Source of the DNA: an uncultured delta proteobacterium
Lineage (GTDB): Bacteria; Myxococcota_A; Polyangia; Polyangiales; B10-G4
Reading direction: 5' to 3'
Length of the DNA: 64,000 nucleotides
Assembly (NCBI GenBank): GCA_963727445.1
Contig: CAVSGI010000010.1
Location: forward strand, 1,312,001-1,376,000
The notes below the pieces were generated by a model. It worked only from the letters and a program-made list of their open reading frames with translations, searched no databases and was not told where the DNA came from. Of the stretch, positions 60,577 to 64,000 are shown one piece after another. How positions within the stretch are numbered: the first letter of the stretch is position 1; every line of letters starts with the position of its first letter. The translations under genes were made by a program, and so were the position numbers.

Positions 60577-63500
60577 TCAGGGCTCGGCCAGGACCTGGTG
60601 GGAACGCACGTCTTCGAAGAAGCACCGGCGCAGCTCGGCGTCGCTGATGCGCGCCCCAATCTCCTGGATGCGCGCCCAGCCGCGTGCACGCACCTCGCGC
60701 GCCTCGTCCTCGCGTCCGGCCTGTGCGAGCGCTCGGGAGAGGACCGAGAAGACCTCCCCCTCGTCCTCCTCGAGGCCCCCCAGCCAATCGCGGATCGCCA
60801 TCGCCTCGGTCGCGAGCGCGATGGCGGCCTCGGTCGCGCGCGCGCGGATCGCCGCGTAGCCGGCGGTCGCGAGACCCAACGAAGCGAGCTGGAGGAACCC
60901 CGCGGCCTCCGCATCGCGCCCCGCCTTCTCGGCCTCCGCCTGCGCGCTCTCGGGCTCCGCCATCAGATGCGCTTGCGCGAGATAAATCCGCGCGCCGACC
61001 GCGAGACGTGACTCTCCCGTCTCTTCGGCAACCGCCAGGCACTCCTCGAGGATGGGCGCGGCGTCCTGCGAGCGAAGCTGGCGCACCAGCGCGTAGCCGA
61101 GATTGAGCAGCGCGTAGCCTTCCATCAGGCGATTGCCAAGTCGACGCAGCTTCTCGAGCGCGGCCCTCAGGCCCTTCTCGGCTTCGAGGTAGGCACCGAC
61201 GCGGTTGTCGGCGTCGGCCAGATTCATCTCGGCGCCCGCCGCACGGCGGAGGTCCCCCGCGGCTTCATAACCGGCGATCGCCTCGCGATACGCGGTGCGG
61301 CGCTCCGCGAGGTCGCCCGTGACCGAGGTCACCTGTGCCTTCCACAGCCAGAGCGAGGTGTTGATCGAGGCCAGACCCGCGGGCGCCACCGACTGCGCTT
61401 CGGCGAGCGCCTTCGTCGCCGCGTCCACCTCACCCGTGTACGCGAGGATCACCGCCTGGCGGCCGCGCGCGGTAGCCAGGACCTCCGGGTCGCCAGCGCT
61501 GCGCGCGCGAGAGACCGCATCCTCCGACACCCGGATCGCGTCCTCGCTCTTGCCCAGGCGGAAGAAGCACACCGCGCGGTTGGTGAGCGCGCGCGCGCGC
61601 TCGCGATCGTCCGCGGCCGTCGCCAGCGCGCCGTCGAGGGCGTGCCCCTGCTCCTCGAGGCGCCCGAGCATCTCGAGGGCCTCGCTCCGCGCCATCTGCA
61701 GCTCGAACCACTTGGCGCGCGGTGTCCCCAGCTCGAGCGCCTTGTCCGCGCAGGCAAGGGTGCGCGGGGCGTCGCCGAGGAGCGCCGCGGCGGTGGTCGC
61801 GCGCGCGTACCAATCCGCAGCCTCGCCGGAGCGTCCCGCATATTCGTAGTGCTGCGCGACCTCTTCCGGCGAGACGTCGGCCAGCGTCGCCAGATGCTCC
61901 GCGAGGCGGAGATGTAGATCGTCGCGGAGTGCCCGAGCCATCATGCGGTACGCGACGTCGCGGACGATGGTAGAGCGGAAGCGATACTCGCGCCGGCGCG
62001 GTGGACCCGGACGCGAACGCGAGGCGAGGATGTCGCGGCGGCTCAGAGAGACGAGGTGCTTCTTCGAATCGTAGAAGCCTAGGGCCTCGAGATCCTCCAT
62101 GGTGAAGGGGCGCGCGAAGAGCGCCGCGCGCTTGCACAGATCTTTCTCGGCGCTCGGCAGATGATCGAGGCGGCCCTGCACCGCGGCCTCGACGGTCAAC
62201 GGGAGCGGCAGCCGATCGAGCGGCTGGTCGAGGAGCTTCTCCTCCCGCATCGCCAGGACGATCTGTTCGACGAAGAGCGGGTTTCCGGCGGCGCGCTCGG
62301 AGAGCGCACGCACGGTCTCGCTCGGCAGCTTCTTGCCCGAGAGGATGACCTCGACCAGCGCCTCCACCTGGCTCGGGCTGAGGCCGCCGAGGTTCAGCTT
62401 GGTGGAAGAGCCTCCCGCCAAAAACTCCGGGTAGTCCTCGAGGAGCTCGGGCCGCGCCGTGAGGAAGGTGAAGATGGGCGCATCGGCCAGGAGCTCGGTC
62501 ATCTCCTCGATGAGCGAGAGGCTGGCCTCGTCGGCCCAGTGGACGTCCTCGAGGAGCAGCGCGATGGGCGCCTTCTCGGAGAGCGCCGCGAGCCAGTCGG
62601 TGATCCCGAGCCGGAGGCGGTCCTGCATCAGCTGCGGATCGCGCCGCGCGGCGTCGAGGGCGGCGGAGGACTTGACGTCCACGCCGAGGAGCGCCCCGAA
62701 GAAGCCGGTGAGATCCTCCGCGAGGGGCCCGGGCGGGAGCGCGGCCTGCACCAGACGGCGAACGGCGTCCTGACGCTCGGTGGAGGGGGCGGACCGATGG
62801 ATGCGTGGCCAGCCGTGTCGCTCCGAGCCCCAGGTGGCGTAGCCGACGAGCACCGACTCCCAGAGCCCGAGACCGACGCCGCGGCGACTGGGGTCGGCGC
62901 GCGCGGTGAGGACGACGAAAGGCTCCTCGTCATGCTCGTCCGACTCGTCCTCGAGGAGGCGCCCGAGCTCCCACCGGAGGTGGCTCTTCCCGATCCCGGG
63001 CGGGCCCGTGACCAGCACCACCGAGGCGTGCTCCTCCTCGCGCACCGTGCGGAGCGCCGACGCGAGCTGTGCGATCTCGGCCTCGCGCCCGACCGTTCGC
63101 GGCCGCGCGGGCGGCGGCAGGGTGCTGGTGATCGACCCCGACGTGCGATCGGTGATCTCGTAGTCGCCTCCGTCGACCTGTCGGATGGTGTAGACGTTCG
63201 ACAGGGCGCGCGCGCTCGTCGCGTCCACCGCGATGCCGTCCACCTTCATCGCGCAGGCGCGCTCCGCCGCGACCAGGGCCGAACCGGCAATCCCCGTTGC
63301 TCCGCTGTAGGCGGCGCGGCCGGAGGCCACCCCCATGAAGCGCGCTGCGTCGCGCGCCTCGAGGGCCGCCGAGACCGCGCGCTCCACCTCGTCGCCCTCC
63401 CACGCCTCGCCTCCGAAGAGCCCGATGGCGCGGTCCCCCATGACGGGGATCAGGGTGCCGCCCGCCTCCTCGACCGCGGCTTCGAGCCCGTGCCGGTCGG

Positions 63501-64000
63501 TCACCCCGTCCGCCAGGAGGACCGCGACCACGCGCTGCTCCCCGGGCGTGATCGAGGGTGCATGGACCGCCTCGGAGACCGACGTGGCGGCGGTCGCGAT
63601 CTCGCCCTGGCCCGCGGGCGTCTCCGTGAGATCGACCGCGCTGAGCGCCGCGTGAAGCTCCGCGGCGTCCTGATAGCGCTCGGCCGGGCTCTTGCTCAAA
63701 CAGCGGGAGACGACCGCGGCGAGGGTGGGGGGCACGTGCGGCGCCACCATCGTCAGGCTCGGGGCCTGCTCGACCATCACGGCGAGGATGGTGGCGAGGG
63801 CGGTCGAGCGGTCGAAGGGAGAACGGCCCGCGAGGAGCTCGTGCATGACCACGCCGAGGGACCAGACGTCGGTGCGCGCGTCGAGGGTGCTCGCGCCGTT
63901 CGCTTGCTCGGGGCTCAAGTAGGTCGGGGTCCCGAGCACGCTCCCGGTCGCGGTGAGGCGCGTGTGGTCGTCGCTCAGCCGGGCGATGCCGAAGTCGATG
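60577..64000 (-). CDS. Ser/Thr kinase + degenerate cyclase-like + AAA ATPase + TPR protein (5'-partial)
   Basis: IDFGIAR at the window edge, GTPTYLSPE, VGREAE, Walker A GPPGIGKS, Walker B LLLEDVHWAD, GNPLFVE, C-terminal TPRs. Confidence 0.9.
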   Translation of the reverse strand, partial: IDFGIARLSDDHTRLTATGSVLGTPTYLSPEQANGASTLDARTDVWSLGVVMHELLAGRSPFDRSTALATILAVMVEQAPSLTMVAPHVPPTLAAVVSRCLSKSPAERYQDAAELHAALSAVDLTETPAGQGEIATAATSVSEAVHAPSITPGEQRVVAVLLADGVTDRHGLEAAVEEAGGTLIPVMGDRAIGLFGGEAWEGDEVERAVSAALEARDAARFMGVASGRAAYSGATGIAGSALVAAERACAMKVDGIAVDATSARALSNVYTIRQVDGGDYEITDRTSGSITSTLPPPARPRTVGREAEIAQLASALRTVREEEHASVVLVTGPPGIGKSHLRWELGRLLEDESDEHDEEPFVVLTARADPSRRGVGLGLWESVLVGYATWGSERHGWPRIHRSAPSTERQDAVRRLVQAALPPGPLAEDLTGFFGALLGVDVKSSAALDAARRDPQLMQDRLRLGITDWLAALSEKAPIALLLEDVHWADEASLSLIEEMTELLADAPIFTFLTARPELLEDYPEFLAGGSSTKLNLGGLSPSQVEALVEVILSGKKLPSETVRALSERAAGNPLFVEQIVLAMREEKLLDQPLDRLPLPLTVEAAVQGRLDHLPSAEKDLCKRAALFARPFTMEDLEALGFYDSKKHLVSLSRRDILASRSRPGPPRRREYRFRSTIVRDVAYRMMARALRDDLHLRLAEHLATLADVSPEEVAQHYEYAGRSGEAADWYARATTAAALLGDAPRTLACADKALELGTPRAKWFELQMARSEALEMLGRLEEQGHALDGALATAADDRERARALTNRAVCFFRLGKSEDAIRVSEDAVSRARSAGDPEVLATARGRQAVILAYTGEVDAATKALAEAQSVAPAGLASINTSLWLWKAQVTSVTGDLAERRTAYREAIAGYEAAGDLRRAAGAEMNLADADNRVGAYLEAEKGLRAALEKLRRLGNRLMEGYALLNLGYALVRQLRSQDAAPILEECLAVAEETGESRLAVGARIYLAQAHLMAEPESAQAEAEKAGRDAEAAGFLQLASLGLATAGYAAIRARATEAAIALATEAMAIRDWLGGLEEDEGEVFSVLSRALAQAGREDEAREVRARGWARIQEIGARISDAELRRCFFEDVRSHQVLAEP

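Overview
High-GC, gene-dense bacterial chromosomal DNA. The gene content points to a myxobacterium (Myxococcota, probably Polyangiales-like): four Hanks-type Ser/Thr kinases, a TIGR02266-like PilZ protein, a MYXO-CTERM-like sorting tail, a fibro-slime protein, a giant TPR protein and many lipoproteins. About 46 CDS are supported, including housekeeping pckA and upp, XdhC, an RND pump pair, an ArsA/Get3-like ATPase pair, two MenA-like UbiA prenyltransferases, a DHH-CBS protein and a GntR regulator with a visible operator. I found no rRNA, tRNA, CRISPR array or prophage. There are two small non-autonomous mobile elements (an internally deleted IS5-family derivative at ~19.2-19.7 kb and a 20-bp-IR MITE at ~46.3 kb), each abutting a host TAG stop codon. 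Four genes carry single extra-base frameshifts that look like sequencing errors, and the same kind of error may have fused two TPR genes into the 2744-aa ORF. I cannot point to one clear-cut new system. The best candidates are a duplicated uncharacterised Cys-patterned lipoprotein family, a sigma54-preceded doubly anchored amidase, stop-codon-targeting MITEs, a charge-block PilZ membrane protein and a GntR-divergent 8-kb block of secreted/membrane genes. All family assignments come from motif recognition by eye, not from database searches.
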